This document shows, piece after piece, positions 1-14,715 of a DNA stretch of 64,000 nucleotides. The stretch lies in assembly GCF_009914755.1 (NCBI RefSeq), contig NC_060935.1; one strand, 5' to 3'. The position numbers were made by a program, and so were the translations under genes. Position 1 is the first letter of the stretch. Each line of letters begins with the position of its first letter. This DNA comes from the human T2T-CHM13v2.0 reference genome, Homo sapiens. The notes beneath the pieces are model-generated. The model had not been told where the DNA came from and did not search any database. It saw only the letters and a list, made by a program, of their open reading frames with translations.

Positions 1-99
1 CCCTGCACACACCCTGGGTGGGTGCTGGAGCATCTAGACTTAGAGTGAATCTTTTGTCCCTCCTCCCCCAACTGGCCTCCATTACACTTCCAGCAACAA

Positions 100-910
100 T
101 GTGGTGTATGTACATGATGGAATACTATTCAGCCTTCAAAAAGAAGGAAATGCTGCCATTTGAGACAACATAGATGAGCCTGGAGGATATTATGTTAAGT
201 GACATAAGCCAAGCACAGAACGACATATACCACATGATCTCACTTATATGTGGAATCTAAAAAAGTTAAACTCAGCCAGGCATGGTGGCTCATGCCTGTA
301 ATCCCAGCATTTTGGGAGGCTGAGGCTGGCAGATTGCTTGAGCCCAGGAGTTCGAGACCAGCCTGTATAACATAGCAAGACCCCAACTCTACAAAAAAAT
401 ACAAAAATTAGTGGAGCGTGGTGGTGCATGCCTGTACTTCCAGATACTCAGGAGTCCGAGTTGGGAGGATTGATTGAGCTTGGGAGGTCAAGGCTGCGGT
501 AAGCCAAGATCACAACCCTGCACTACAGCCTGGGCAATAGAATGAGATTGTCTCAAAAAAAAAGAAAGAAGAAGAAAAGAAAAAAGTTGAATTCACAGAA
601 GCAGAGTAGAATGATGGTTGCCAGGGTGGGGAAGTGGGCAGATGCCAAAGGACACAGAATGTCATTTTTAGAGAAGAAGAATAAGTTCAGGATATCCATG
701 GGACAACATGGTACCTATAGTTAATAACAACATATCATACACTTGGAAATCACTAAGAGAGCAGATTTTTAAATGTTCTCACCACAAAAAAATAAGTCTG
801 GGAGGTGATATGTTATTTAGCTTGATTTAGCCATTTCATAATGTATACATACTTCAATCACATCATGTTGTATACCCTCTTGTACGTAATTTTTGTCAAT
901 TCAACAACTC
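100..910 (+). mobile_element. Old L1M 3'-end fragment interrupted by an AluJ (274-575)
   Basis: GGAATACTATTCAGCC, GCAGAGTAGAATGATGGTTGCCAG, TGTTCTCACCAC L1 3' motifs. Confidence 0.75.
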
Positions 911-964
911 CAAAAAACAAGACATTCTCTTTACAAAAATAATTATTAAAAATAAAATTCAGAA

Positions 965-1275
<311 letters not shown>

Positions 1276-1506
1276 AGAATATAAAAGATTCTTTAATTCA
1301 ACTAAAACATTAAAACATAGATTATTTCTATAAGTGGTAATTGTTCTAACATGTTTTGGTCAAAATAGTCTCCTTACCCATCCACAATTAAATGGTTAAT
1401 TGACATTTGATTGGATATTGATAAAGTTTTCAAATCATGATTGACTTTTCCAATGTACAGTAAAATGTGCGTGAAAATATTTCATAAAAATTAATATTTA
1501 AAAATG

Positions 1507-1712
1507 GTCAGGCACGGTGGCTTATGCCTATAATCCCGCACTTTGGAGGCCAAGGTGGGCCAATCACTTGAGGTCAGGAGTTTGAGACCAGCCTGGCCAA
1601 ACCTCATCTCTACTAAAAGTACAAAAATTAGTCAGGTATGGTGGCATGTACCTGCATTCCCAGCTACTTGGGAGGCTGAGGCAGGAGAATCCCTTGAACC
1701 TGGGAGGTGGGT
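1507..1712 (+). mobile_element. 3'-truncated AluS
   Basis: Alu sequence stops mid right arm (GGGAGGTGG|GTTCCCC). Confidence 0.85.
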
Positions 1713-2397
1713 TCCCCAGGCTTAGAGCAAAACCCCCATCTTGTCTGTCTCCACTCTCATCCCAGGCAATCGCAGTCATTTCCACAGCCTCAACCACTGT
1801 CTACCTGGGATGCCTCCCAAGCCTGAGTCTCCAGCCCAAACCTGCCTTCCTAGCCCCAGACCCATCAGTCCTGGCACACATTGCCCCCTGGGTCCCAAGC
1901 AACCTCAGCCAGTGAGTCCAACGTCAACTTCCTGTCCTTGCCTGACACTGCCAGCCCTGAGATCAGACTTGACCATTCACCTCCAGTACCTGATAGGTCC
2001 ATCAGTGCTTTGGAACATATCTCACAAACATTCCCCAAACCAGGCACCAGACTCCACACATCAACACCGTCATGTGAGTCACCAGCATCCCTGGCAGGGA
2101 CCCCTGTCCCAGCCTCCAACTCATCTCCTTCCTGTCCCTTGAGTTCTGTGTCACATTCCAGAGGCCACAAGAAGAAAAATGACCACCTTAATGAAATTAA
2201 AAGAATTGAGAAGACATTTCCCTATGGTCCAAAGTCTTTCCAACTGAGAAACACATATCAAGATCCAGCCTGCCAGCCCTGCGGTTAAATGTTCCTGAAA
2301 TAATTAAAGCCCAGGGTGACACAGCCCCCACTCCACAAGTACTCCCAGCACAATAAGACTTGCTTCTCTGCAGGGGCTTGAAATGTCCAGTGTGTAC

Positions 2398-2470
2398 CTT
2401 GCCCCTCTCTGTCATAGCTAACAGGAATGTGCTCCGTGTCTTCTTCCTGCTCAAAGGACTGTCCACCAAC
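2398..2470 (-). other. Candidate exon 2 (73 nt, VGGQSFEQEEDTEHIPVSYDREGQ), in frame with the 7112-7321 exon
   Basis: GCCTGCGCAG acceptor with a pyrimidine-rich upstream tract; CAAG|GTACAC donor; open in phase 0. Confidence 0.4.
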
Positions 2471-3049
2471 CTGCGCAGGCAGCACTTTCGGCCGGGAGGG
2501 ACGAGAGGACTTCCCACCATTTCCCACTTACGCACTGCATTCCTCAGGAGCCTGCCTCACAAATTACAAGAGCGCCACAGCAGACACACCACATTCCAGC
2601 GGGTGGCCATGTCTTCATGTCAGCTTGAAAGATCATCACCAGGGAAATATCTATATCTCAGCAGAGAGAGCTTCAGCCTGTGTAGTCCAGCTGTGCTCAA
2701 ATGGAAATCCAGAAACCCAGATGTTGGTCCAAACACCCTGTCTTGGAGAGCCGGCTCTGCAGGTCCCCAGCGTGGGAGTGAACTGGGTGGGCCACCTGCC
2801 CTGCCTGCCCACATCCCTGCCTCCTGGAATCCTGGACCCTGAGAACCAGAGGGATGTGGTGGGGAACAGGCAAGTCTTGTGCAGAAAGCCAAGATGCCAC
2901 CCAAATCCACTCTGCAGTCTAGGTGGGTGATATTCTGGTCTGCACCGTACCAGCGCATGAGGGGATGGAGGATGGAGTCTAGACAAGCCAAATGTAAAAA
3001 GATATTGCCCAAGTATTTTGTGCTTTGTCTGTGTTACAATGCTATGCCC

Positions 3050-3354
<305 letters not shown>

Positions 3355-3566
3355 CTATGCCCAGCATTTTCCATGTACTGTCTTATTATCTCAGTAAATC
3401 CCATATAACCTTCCTATGAAAGTGTATCTCATTTATCTCCATTTTATAGATGAGAAAACTGAGGCCCCTGGAGTAGTATTAATTTTCCAAGACCGCATTG
3501 CTCATAAAGGGTACAGCAGGGACCCAAGCTTGACACTCTCACCCTCAAACATTTCCACAAGTGTAG

Positions 3567-3800
3567 ACCAATGGCTGTCAACTGGGGTGGTTTTGCTCAA
3601 GTACCACTCCCTTGCTCCATGATATTTGAAACCGTCTGGAGACATCTAGGGTAGCCATAGCTGGGAGGGTAGAATGGTACCTAGAGGATGGAGGCCACAG
3701 ATGCTACTAACCATCCTACAATACACAGGACGGCCCCACGACCAGCACCACGAATGGTCTAACCCCAAGTGTTGTGACTGTGCCAAAGCTGAGAAACCCA
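3567..3800 (+). mobile_element. MER20-like hAT DNA transposon
   Basis: CAATGGCTGTCAACTGGGG...GATGCTACTAACCATCCTACAATACACAGGAC...GCTGAGAAACCC. Confidence 0.65.
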
Positions 3801-5099
3801 GGTTTCTCCTCAGCAAGAAGGAAAATCCCTGCAACACGGATGCACCTCTACAGGAGCCCCAGGCTGACAATAACCTTCCTCATCTGGTTTCAACCCTGGA
3901 TGCTTTCACCTGGTGCGTCCATCAGGGATTTCAGGGACTCCAATGAGTTATTACCCTTGAATGCTTGGTTCCGCCTGACAACCCTGAAATCTCTGCTGAG
4001 GTGCCTGGTCTTGAGGAAGGCTCAGCAAGTGGTTGAGGGTGATAACCAAATACCTAGGAGAGACTTTTCTCTCCCTCCAGGAAGAGCTGTTGGTCAGACA
4101 CACCCTGGGATCATTCACAAGCGGTCAATAAAGGCTTGGGGAGGGCCAGGTTTTCTAGGCCTTCTCAATGGGGTGGGTGTTTATGGATACACAAGAAGCC
4201 TGAGAAACTTCTGATATTGGCAGGAAATCAATGCCCCCCACCCTCCACCCCCCCACCTCCCCACCATAAACACATGCCCTGCAGCAGGACTTGGCACTCA
4301 GGGGCTCCTGGGGTCCCGATTTACCTGCTAAAACATCCTCTAGCCACCACCGAATAAAGCAACCCCTTGCCACCCAACCGCGAGATCTCAGCCTGGGAGC
4401 CACTCCAAGGGACATCCAGTCACATTAAAACCTCAGCCATCCAGAGCACCAGGCCTGGTGATGAGAAAGAACATTTTATCCTTAAAAGCATCTGAATGCC
4501 CATGCTGCTTCTTGCAAAGTCCAAAATAATCTGCTATTAAAGAACGAGGATGGTTTTTACCAAGCTAATGGTCTACGCAGACAAAATCTCATAAAAGGGC
4601 ACTCTGTTCTTCTTGATCCACTCAGACATGGCCTGTGAGTGAAGAAATGGACTCTCCTCCTCAAATAAATCACTGCTGATTCTCACACCAGCCTGACACT
4701 GCCTCATGGGTTCTTCAAAGAGAGTATTCCCATAGAAACTAAAAGGGAAGAGGAATGGGTCTGGCGGGCATTGTGGGCAGCAGTGGGCTTTGGGCCAAAT
4801 TTTAAGTTTGAAAATCAAGATTCCCTCTTTTCAAGGGGCCACCAGACTGAGCAGATACAGACACCGTGAAAAGAGGGTGCCATGTTCAGATTCAGGAAAC
4901 AAGGATGGTTTCTGTTCAGTTCCTCCATCATCCTTCAGGTCATGCGATTCCCATTTCCCTCCGTGGACCAAACAATTCAGTGGGGTTTCTGCCTTTTAAA
5001 TATTTCATTATCAACATATCATCATTTTAGCCTCCAGAAAGCATTTTAACATGGAGATTCTGGCTTAAGACTCTTGTGGGTCTGTCTGTCTCTCTCTCT

Positions 5100-5382
5100 T
5101 TTCCTTGAAACGGTCTCACTTTGTCAACTAGGCTGGAGTGCAGTGGCATGATCACAGCTCACTGCAGCCGGACCTTCCAGACTCTAGCAATCCTCCCACC
5201 TCAGCCTCCCAAGTACTTGGGACTACAGGCACACACCACCATAACTGGCTTTTTTTTTTTTTGGTAGATATGAGGCTTCACCATGTTGCCCAGCTGGTCT
5301 TAAACTCCTGGGCTCAAGCAATCCTCCCCTTTCAGCCTCTCAAAGTGCTGGGATTATTGGCTTGAGCCACCACGCCCAGCCA
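5100..5382 (-). mobile_element. AluJ
   Basis: Diverged Alu dimer. Confidence 0.85.
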
Positions 5383-6749
5383 AGAACCTTGTCTCTTGTG
5401 ATGCACCCCAGAACAAAACATCACTGCAAAAACACACCAAGGCATGAGTTTTAGTCCTAAGTCCCATTTATCCACCATACACTATGTGCCAGGCACAACG
5501 CTAAGTGCTTCTATGGACGAGCTTCCCTTAATCTCAGCAGTAACAACCCCAGGCAACGAGGCCTGTTGACAGATCCATTTGCCACTGAAGACAGTAAGGC
5601 TCAGAGAGGGTAAGTGGCTTGTGCCATGTCAGCCAGCTAAGGAGGGGCAGAACCAGGATGCAAACCCCAGCCGCCTGGCTCCAGACTCAGGTTCCCAAGG
5701 TCCCACTACACTTGGTCACTCCACTGCATTCTGGTATCCTGGTCTTTGGCAGAGTCCACGTAAAAGAAGGAGGTAGAGGGAGTGAGAGGGACTTCATGCA
5801 ATAAAGTTTCCCGGCGTTACACTGCCATCGTAATTGTGTCCCCGACCAGGACCTCTCCCTTCTCATCCTTTCCGTGATCGGCCCTGGAAAACCTTCCAGA
5901 GAACTGTCCTCCTTCTCCCAGGATCTCAGAGAAAATTCGCCTGAGTTCAGTGTCCAGGTGACCCAAGCTCTGAATGCGGTAACGTGCACGGGGAGATAAG
6001 GATGTCACCATGAGCAAGCCTCCCAGACGGCATCCAGGAGCAACCCCAAGACTGGGCAGGGGGGCTCTGATGCCGCCCACGGCGAGGAGGGCTGCCCGTG
6101 CTGCCTAAATGGGTTCCGAATGAAGGCCGCCCTCTCGCCCATGTGGGGCTCATTAACCACGAATCCAATTATTAAGACAAGCTCAGCTGAGCAAATGGTC
6201 AAACATAAAAACATGTGGAAAGAACAAAGAGGTCAACCCCATTATCCATCAAAAACCATCAAGGTGGCGGCCCTCACTGAGGGGTACAGCTCTCCAGTGG
6301 GCCCTCATCTGCCCTCCAAACCCATGTGCCTCCTCAGTGGAAGGCCAGCAAAGCCACACAGGAAGAGTTGGTGTAGGAAAGCAGAAAGTGAACTCCAGGA
6401 GGCCAGGCTGGCCACGGAGCCCCATCCCACACACACAGGCCCGGTAACTCAGGGGCTCACGTGTGCAGGACACCGGGAGCTCACAGGGACAGCGTCCCGG
6501 GGGATGCAAGGAACTTTCCCTCTCTGTCCCTCTCTGTAGGGATGGAAAGAGGAGAGCGATTTCTGGGATGTAAGCCATCTGCCTCCTCTCAACTCTCGCT
6601 GCCCAACCAGAAAGGGAAGAAAAACAGGAAGATGCGGGGCAGGTGAGGAGCTGGGTGAGCACCGCCAGCCCGCAGCCCAGCAGAGCAGGGCTTGGCCAAG
6701 CCTGGCGCCAGGGACTTCCCCCCTACCCCCGCCACAAGCCCCTCGCCAG

Positions 6750-7620
6750 GTGAGAGGCACTGACAGAGTCCCAGACAGATGCCCCAGACAGGACGCTCAG
6801 CGCAACCCCCGCCCCTTCCCCTGCTAGGGGCCCCCAGGACGCGGGGCTCCCCCTCCCCTTTTGGCTAGCCGCAGAGTCCAGCGGGTCTCTAGTCCAGGGA
6901 CGTCGTGGGAGAATCAGGAAGTCGAAGCCACACAGCCGAGAAGGGGCAGCTGGCGTCTCGGAGGCCGTCGCGAGCTGTCACTCCGCGCCCGCCGGAGTTG
7001 TCGCTCAGTTACCAACTTCAACCCGGGGCCGGCCACGGAGCCTCCCGCCGCCCCTACCCCGCGTCCCCGGCACCCCCGGCACCCCCGGACCCCCGCGCCC
7101 GCGTCACTTACTCCTCTGCCGTCGCCACCTGTCTGGGTGCCGGTCTCCTTCCTGCCTGGCCGCGGTGCGTCCTCCCCGTCATCGGGCTGTGCGCTTCCCT
7201 CCTCCAGCAACAGCCGCAGCCTCTTCTCTTCGGGAGTGACGTCGTCCTCCTCTCTCCTGGGCCGGCCATCCCTGCCTCGGGGCTTGCCAGTGGCTTTGGA
7301 GCTGCCGGAAGGGCTGGCCATGGCTCCGGGGGCTCTGCCTGCACCTGGGGAAGAGGAAGGACCCGGCGCGAGCGGCCTGTCGGCGGAGCTGGGGCGTCTG
7401 AGCGCGGGCTCGGTGGGTCCGCGCGGCGCGGAGCTAGGCATCGGGGCGGGCGCGGGCTCCTCCGCGGGCCGCTCGTTGCTCTCTGGCGCCCTCTGCTGGC
7501 CGCTCGCGCCCACCGCGGACACGCCGGGCCCTGGCCTGCGCTGAGCTCGCCTGCCCTGGCCCAAGCAGTCGCTGTCCCCTGCCTGCGGCCATGCCCGCTC
7601 TGGCCAGGCCCTGCACCTCC
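6750..7620. promoter_or_regulatory. CpG island / promoter within the segmental-duplication block
   Basis: High GC and CpG; GC boxes; contains a Kozak ATG and a strong splice donor on the minus strand. Confidence 0.85.
7112..7321 (-). other. Coding-like first exon (70 codons, MASPSGSSKATGKPRGRDGRPRREEDD...GGDGRG) of a duplicated transcript family; lncRNA, pseudogene or small protein unresolved
   Basis: GGAGCCATGG Kozak at 7321; open for 210 nt; GTAAGT donor at 7111 in phase 0. Confidence 0.6.
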
Positions 7621-9169
7621 TCCCCGCCCCAACCAGGTTGCACCCCGATGGTCTCCCTGCCCAAGGAGGAGAGAAGGGACGCCCCGAGAGGGTGGACATC
7701 AGCCACAGCCACCTTGTCTTTGCTCTTACCCTGTGTCTTGCATGATTTGGAGGTGGTGGGAAAACCGAGGCTGCTCAAAATTCGTGGAGAATTCCGCCTG
7801 CAGGATGACATGAATGCACCTTCGCGTTGCCTACCAACAGATCTTTTTTGAGCATCTCTGTGGACCAGGCGTGGTGATGGGGGAGGGGATATTGTGGTGA
7901 ACATGACAGGCATGGCCTTCACACAGTAGGGCTCAGCCCTGGGTGAGAAGGCATTGAGAATGGACATTGTCAATTGGGCAAAAGGAGGCCAAGAAGAAGT
8001 GCTGGGGGCATGGGAACTGAAAAAGACAGGAGGCTCAGCATGTCTTGGCGCTGGGAGATTGACAGCAACAGCGGCTGTTCCAAAGGAAGCAACAGCTGAG
8101 AGACGTCTCAGAGAGTTGTTCTCAGCCCAGTGGAGGTTGTTCAGGCAGAGGGAACAGCGTGTGCAAAAGCCCAGAGGCTGGGAAAGAAGCAGAAAGAGGA
8201 CTGTGGGGCTGGAGCGTGGTGGGCAAGAGGAGAAAGGTGTGGTGGGCAGACAGATTGCCTGGGACCCAGCCGTGCAGGGGCAGAGGAGATAGGGGATCCT
8301 TGCAGGCCCCTAGCCGGGGCTGAGGCACAGAGACAATGCAGGTGGGCAAAGGGAGGAGACGTGGAGAAATATTCTGGAGGCACGCCCTGATGAATGAGCC
8401 CAGGATGCACTCTTAGTGTCAGTGTGGAGCTCCTTCCTTGGCTGTGTGATGAGCTGAACTCGGGGGTATTTTCTGGACATTGAGGTGCTACACCAAGAGT
8501 CCAGGACAGGCTGAGCACCAGCAGCTCCTGGCCCACCTCAAAAGCAGGAGAGACAGGGGAGACTGGGGATGCTGGGGTGGAAGGGGAAGCCAGGAAGGCA
8601 GGAGAGGCCAGGGAAGCAGAGGAGGCCAGGGAGGCAGTGGAGGCAGGAGAGGCTGGGGAGGCTGTGTCCTTTCCATGATTCTGCCCAGGATCCTAGGCCC
8701 CTGAACTCCCTGAGCTTCTCCACCCCAAGCACTGGAACCATGTTGCACAATGGTCTCTCCACTAAGCTCCTGATGGCGGACCCTACCCTGCTGTGCTCCC
8801 TATTTCAACCCTAACAGCTCTCACAGTGGGCAGCACATAGTAGGTGCTCAGGAAACACTGGTGGGAGAGCACATGGGTCTGCTCAGCACCTTCCTCTCTC
8901 CTCCAGCTCTCCCCTGTCATGAAATAATTCTGATAACGACACATGGGCTTTGGACTCTCTTCTATTACTTTCAATATGCTAATCCATCTATACCTCACAG
9001 CAGCCCTGGGGGTGGGTGCTATTAGGATGCCCATTTTACAGAGGAGGAGACTGAGGTATAAAGAGGGTAAGTGACATAGGCACACTACAGGGGCCGGGGC
9101 CAAGTGATTGCAGCACTCAATCCCCAAAGGCAAGGTGGACGCAGTTACCATAAAAGACAGCAGAGTCAA

Positions 9170-9700
9170 AGCTGCAACCAGAACAGCCTGACTCACAGAG
9201 ACCTATGGTGCCAGCTGATCGTGGCATTCCTAGAAGTGAAATAGGTAAGAAGCCTGCCACATTTTTACTTGATCTGTGTTTGCAGAAGAGTTCTAGGTCA
9301 GGTGAGTAGAAGTCTAATCTGAATCATAACAACAGAGTCACAGTCCCCAGTCAATTCCCAGACATAAGCCAGTTCACAGACCCGGAGTCCCTTGTCTGAA
9401 TGGGAAGCCAGGTCCCCTCCAGAAAGGACTCTGCTCCACTGCCAAAAATTTATACTGTCAATTTTTCTCCCAGCCTGCCCCCAAAGGAATACACAGCCTT
9501 TTACCAGGATGACTGAACAGGGGAAAAGGAACTAATGAGATCTGTGCAGGATCACTGGACACAGGCTCTGAACTGGCACTAGGGCGAGACTAGGGTCTAC
9601 CAGTCAGAATAGGCATTTTGGAGGTCAGGTGAATGTTGGTGCAAGTTCATGTCATGGTAAATCCATTGGGTCCCCAAATCCATCCTCTGGTTATATACAA
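9170..9700 (+). mobile_element. ERVL internal fragment (gag end / protease)
   Basis: CAATTCCCAGAC..CCAGTTCACAGACCCGGAG and CTGGACACAGGCTCTGAACTG (LDTGSEL protease motif). Confidence 0.6.
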
Positions 9701-10009
9701 AGTGGCCTTGCTGAGATTCAAATTCAGGGCATCCAACAGAGAGGCTGTGCTCTTACTCATGAAACATTCTGACACTAGTAACCAATTTAAAAATGCAAAC
9801 ACCTTCTGGGGCTAGCCAGAGTCCTCCAAACAGTCATGTAAATTGGTTCTGTCAAGGATTTCCTCCTACCACCTGCTGAGAGCCAGTTGCAAGGAGAGAC
9901 TAGGGAAGGGCATTGGGTAACTTTGTTGCTAAAACTCTTTTGGATAAAGACTTTTGGGAAAAGAAGCAAATAGAGTTCAGCAGAAGAGGTAAGAAAGTAA
10001 GTTTATGTT

Positions 10010-10390
<381 letters not shown>

Positions 10391-10514
10391 CTACAAGATG
10401 TTGTGGCAGCAACACTTACACCCAGTCACTCCTGGCTGGCTGAGCCACTTTTCAAAACACCCTTGCACAGCTGTGCAGAGCGGCTGGCTCCACTGGCAGC
10501 CGGCAGAGACATAA

Positions 10515-10864
<350 letters not shown>

Positions 10865-11619
10865 TCAATGCAACAGGAATAAACATTTGCTGCAGAGCGG
10901 CAATGTGCAGGGAGGAACATTGTTCCACTCAGGCTCAGAAAGCAAAACCTCCTGGCTGTTTGCATCTATGCAAGAGCTCGCAGGAAAAACCATCTGTGTG
11001 GCTGCCAGCCTCACACACTACCCCCAAGGGGTGAGTTTCTCTTTCCATGTTAATCTATGCCCTGATGTGCCATCTGTCAACCACCACACCATTCTCAGTT
11101 GACATTTCAAAGCATCTTTGCCCTGTGAATGGTCACCAGCCCTGCCCTGCAAGCCCCCAGGTGACATTGAACTTAAATGAGAGAGAAAACAGGTTTCGGG
11201 GTGGATTTCAGTTCAGCATCTTGGAGTCTCTGTGTGGACATGAAATCTGTCTCCCCAGCCGTGGGCTGCATCCTTGTTTGTCATCTGGTTGGTTGTTGGG
11301 GACTTGGAAACTCGTGGGCACCTTTGCAATTTGTCAAGAAGCTGCACGGCCCTTCCAACAAAAGCAAGCAATAGGAACAGAAGCCCAAGTCTTCAGATCA
11401 AGGTGCGACCTAAAGCTGCCTCAGTGTAAAAGGAAACAGGAGTCAGAGGGATGCCTAAGGCAGAGTCTAGTCCCCAGGGCAGCTATAAGGCAAAGAGAAA
11501 GAGAGAGAGATAGACAGAGACAGAGACAGAGACAGAAAGACAGAGAGAGATGGGAGGAGACATGAGGCACCCAGGCCTCTGCATCAAAATCCCTACAAGA
11601 GGGGCTTCCTAAAAATGCA

Positions 11620-11870
<251 letters not shown>

Positions 11871-12329
11871 TTTAAAAAAGGATCACTATGGCTACTTGAA
11901 TGGATGATAAGAAGGTAAGAGCAGAAGCAAGGAGACCAGCAGTGAGATTCTGCAGGCGGGAGTCCACAGTGGCTCAGACCAGGCTGGCGCTGAAGACCCT
12001 CTGGATTCTGTATATATTTTGATGATGAAGCAACTCACTGACTCTTGAAGAGTGGGCTCTAGGAGACTGTATTTTTAACAAGCTCTCAGAGGATTCTAAT
12101 GCAGGCTGAAGTTGAAGAACTCCTGATTTAGGTGAAGCTTCTGTTTCATCCTAGGGGAAGTACCTACTGAATTTTCTCCAAGCCACCTCAAAAGAGGTGC
12201 TAGACAAGATGTGCTCCAATGTCTGAACATGTGTGCACAGCTCTAGAGCCGACCTCAGGACACCGAGTCAAAGGTTAGGAGTACAACAGTGAACAACCAA
12301 CATCCTCTTTTCAATGAGCTTTGCATTTA

Positions 12330-12735
<406 letters not shown>

Positions 12736-14715
12736 CCAGGAGATGGTTGGGCATGCAATTTCTATCAGGTGGTCGGAAGTCCTTCTCCACCACAGGACTC
12801 CTCAGTTGAAGACTAGAAAATGGTAGGAATTAGCCAGGTTGATAGGAGAGGTGGGGAAGATCATTCCCAGCAGAGGGAAGAGCATGTGCAAAAATCGAGA
12901 CGTGAGAGGGTGAGAAGCTGAGAGATGTTCATATAATTGTAAAAAGTGACTAATATAGAGGTAAGTTGGAGCCAAATCTTAAAGGCTCTTTGTCAGGTTT
13001 ATCCTGTAGACAAAAGGAGACAGTAGATGTTTTTAGGCAGGGGAGTAATGATCCACTTTGTGCTATAAAAAGAGCAGTCTGGCTGGAGGAGAGTGGGAGG
13101 TGAGTAGACCAGGTAGGAGGTTGCAATACACCAAGTGAGACAAGATGGTTGGCTGGACCAAGGCTGTGGCAGTGAGGATGGAGAGGAGACAGTAGACTAA
13201 CTTGACTGAGAAAGAGGGAGGAATGAAGGATGAGGCCCAGGTGTTTTGGAAGCTGGGTGGATGGTGGTGTGAATCTGACGGGGTGAGCCCAGGCAGAAGA
13301 GGAAATCAGGAGAGGAAAGGTAAGATGAGGTCAATGCAAGACAGACAGCCAAGTGGAGATAACAACTGGGCAGTTGGATTCATCAGCCTGGAGTTATACA
13401 GAGAGCTCTGGAATGGAAATAAAGAGGAAAGGACTTTGGGAATAGGTGAATCCTCCCAGAATAATGTGTAGAGAAAGGAGAATAGAACACAGGGGACAGA
13501 AAAAGGGAAGAGATTTGTTATTAAAACCAACCATCCATCAGATATCTTCCGATACAACACTTGTTGGAGGTTTCCTCAGTGTGAGTTATTCAGGACCAGA
13601 GCTAAAGACCATATTCCCAATAAAATCACTGCTGGGAAGGTCTTCATGAAAACATTTAATGCTGCTTTTAAAACAACAACAACAACAAAAAGGCTTTAGC
13701 TACTGCACAGACCCTGGAGCAATTTTTCGGCAAGAGTCTATCAAACACGAATCTGATCTGACTCAAGGAGGTGTCATATCAAGTGTAAAAATCCAATTCC
13801 AATGTCCATAAGAGCCTTTCTGCCAGGTACAAGACCCTAATCCAGTTGAGTGATTTTCTATTGATTAATAGGCTGGGAATACGCAGGTTGTTGGTTTTTG
13901 AGATTTCCCTCCCTGTGCCTTCATGCCAGCTGTGAAAGAGTCAAAAGGCTCCTAACTGTCAAAATAAAAATGACACTTGGTCACAGAGGAAACAGGGTAT
14001 AGGTCAATCACATTGATGACTTTTTAACTATGAGAAGCCATTAATGTTACTGAATAAGCAAATCTGTTTGCATAACCAGATTTTTATAGGCTACTGGGAA
14101 TAAAGGTTTTCCTAAGTGGGTGATTTGTACAACGATAGCCTTTGGGTCTCTGATGGAACAGCTCTGATGAGGAAATGTTCCTTTAATTATGCGGAAGGCC
14201 AATTACCACATTATAGCCACATTGTTTTGCAGATTGCATATAATTTCACCATTTCCATAGCTTCAGCACTATAATTCTGGAGAAAATTCAGGCACCAAGA
14301 AGACACTTGAGGCACATTATGCTGGAGACAAAGATGTTTTAACAAATTCAATTTAAGCTTCAACATTAAAGTTATTTTGTTGAATAAAACATAATGCAAT
14401 AATGAGCTTGTGTATGTCAACTCTATAGTGGAGGTAATAATAGCTAGAGAGAGCATGTCCCATCTCCTCTTTTTAATGCTCATTCGAGTAATACATAATT
14501 CTATAGAGAGAACCTTTCTCTAATATGTGCTTCATCTCAGGTTAAGCGTGTTTTGTGCAACTGTGCTTCATGAAAAAAAAAAAGGTAAGGGATCTAATTT
14601 GGGAGCCATTCACAAAAGTGCTACCACTTGATGCTATTTTATACTCTGAGATTTCTTATTCCCAGTGCCTACCAGGAATGGACTTTCTGGAGAAGCTCAG
14701 ATTAATCACTCCTTA

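Noticed and set aside
5817-6080. 87-aa protein-like minus-strand ORF between the two candidate exons
   Set aside because: No convincing splice sites linking it to exon 7112-7321 and no recognisable family.
6861-7813. Long overlapping ORFs (227, 302 and 261 aa) on both strands
   Set aside because: Expected in stop-poor CpG-island DNA. Only 7112-7321 has both a Kozak start and a splice donor.
8540-8662. GGAGGC(A/C)G purine-rich repeat
   Set aside because: Low-complexity simple repeat with nothing further to support a function.
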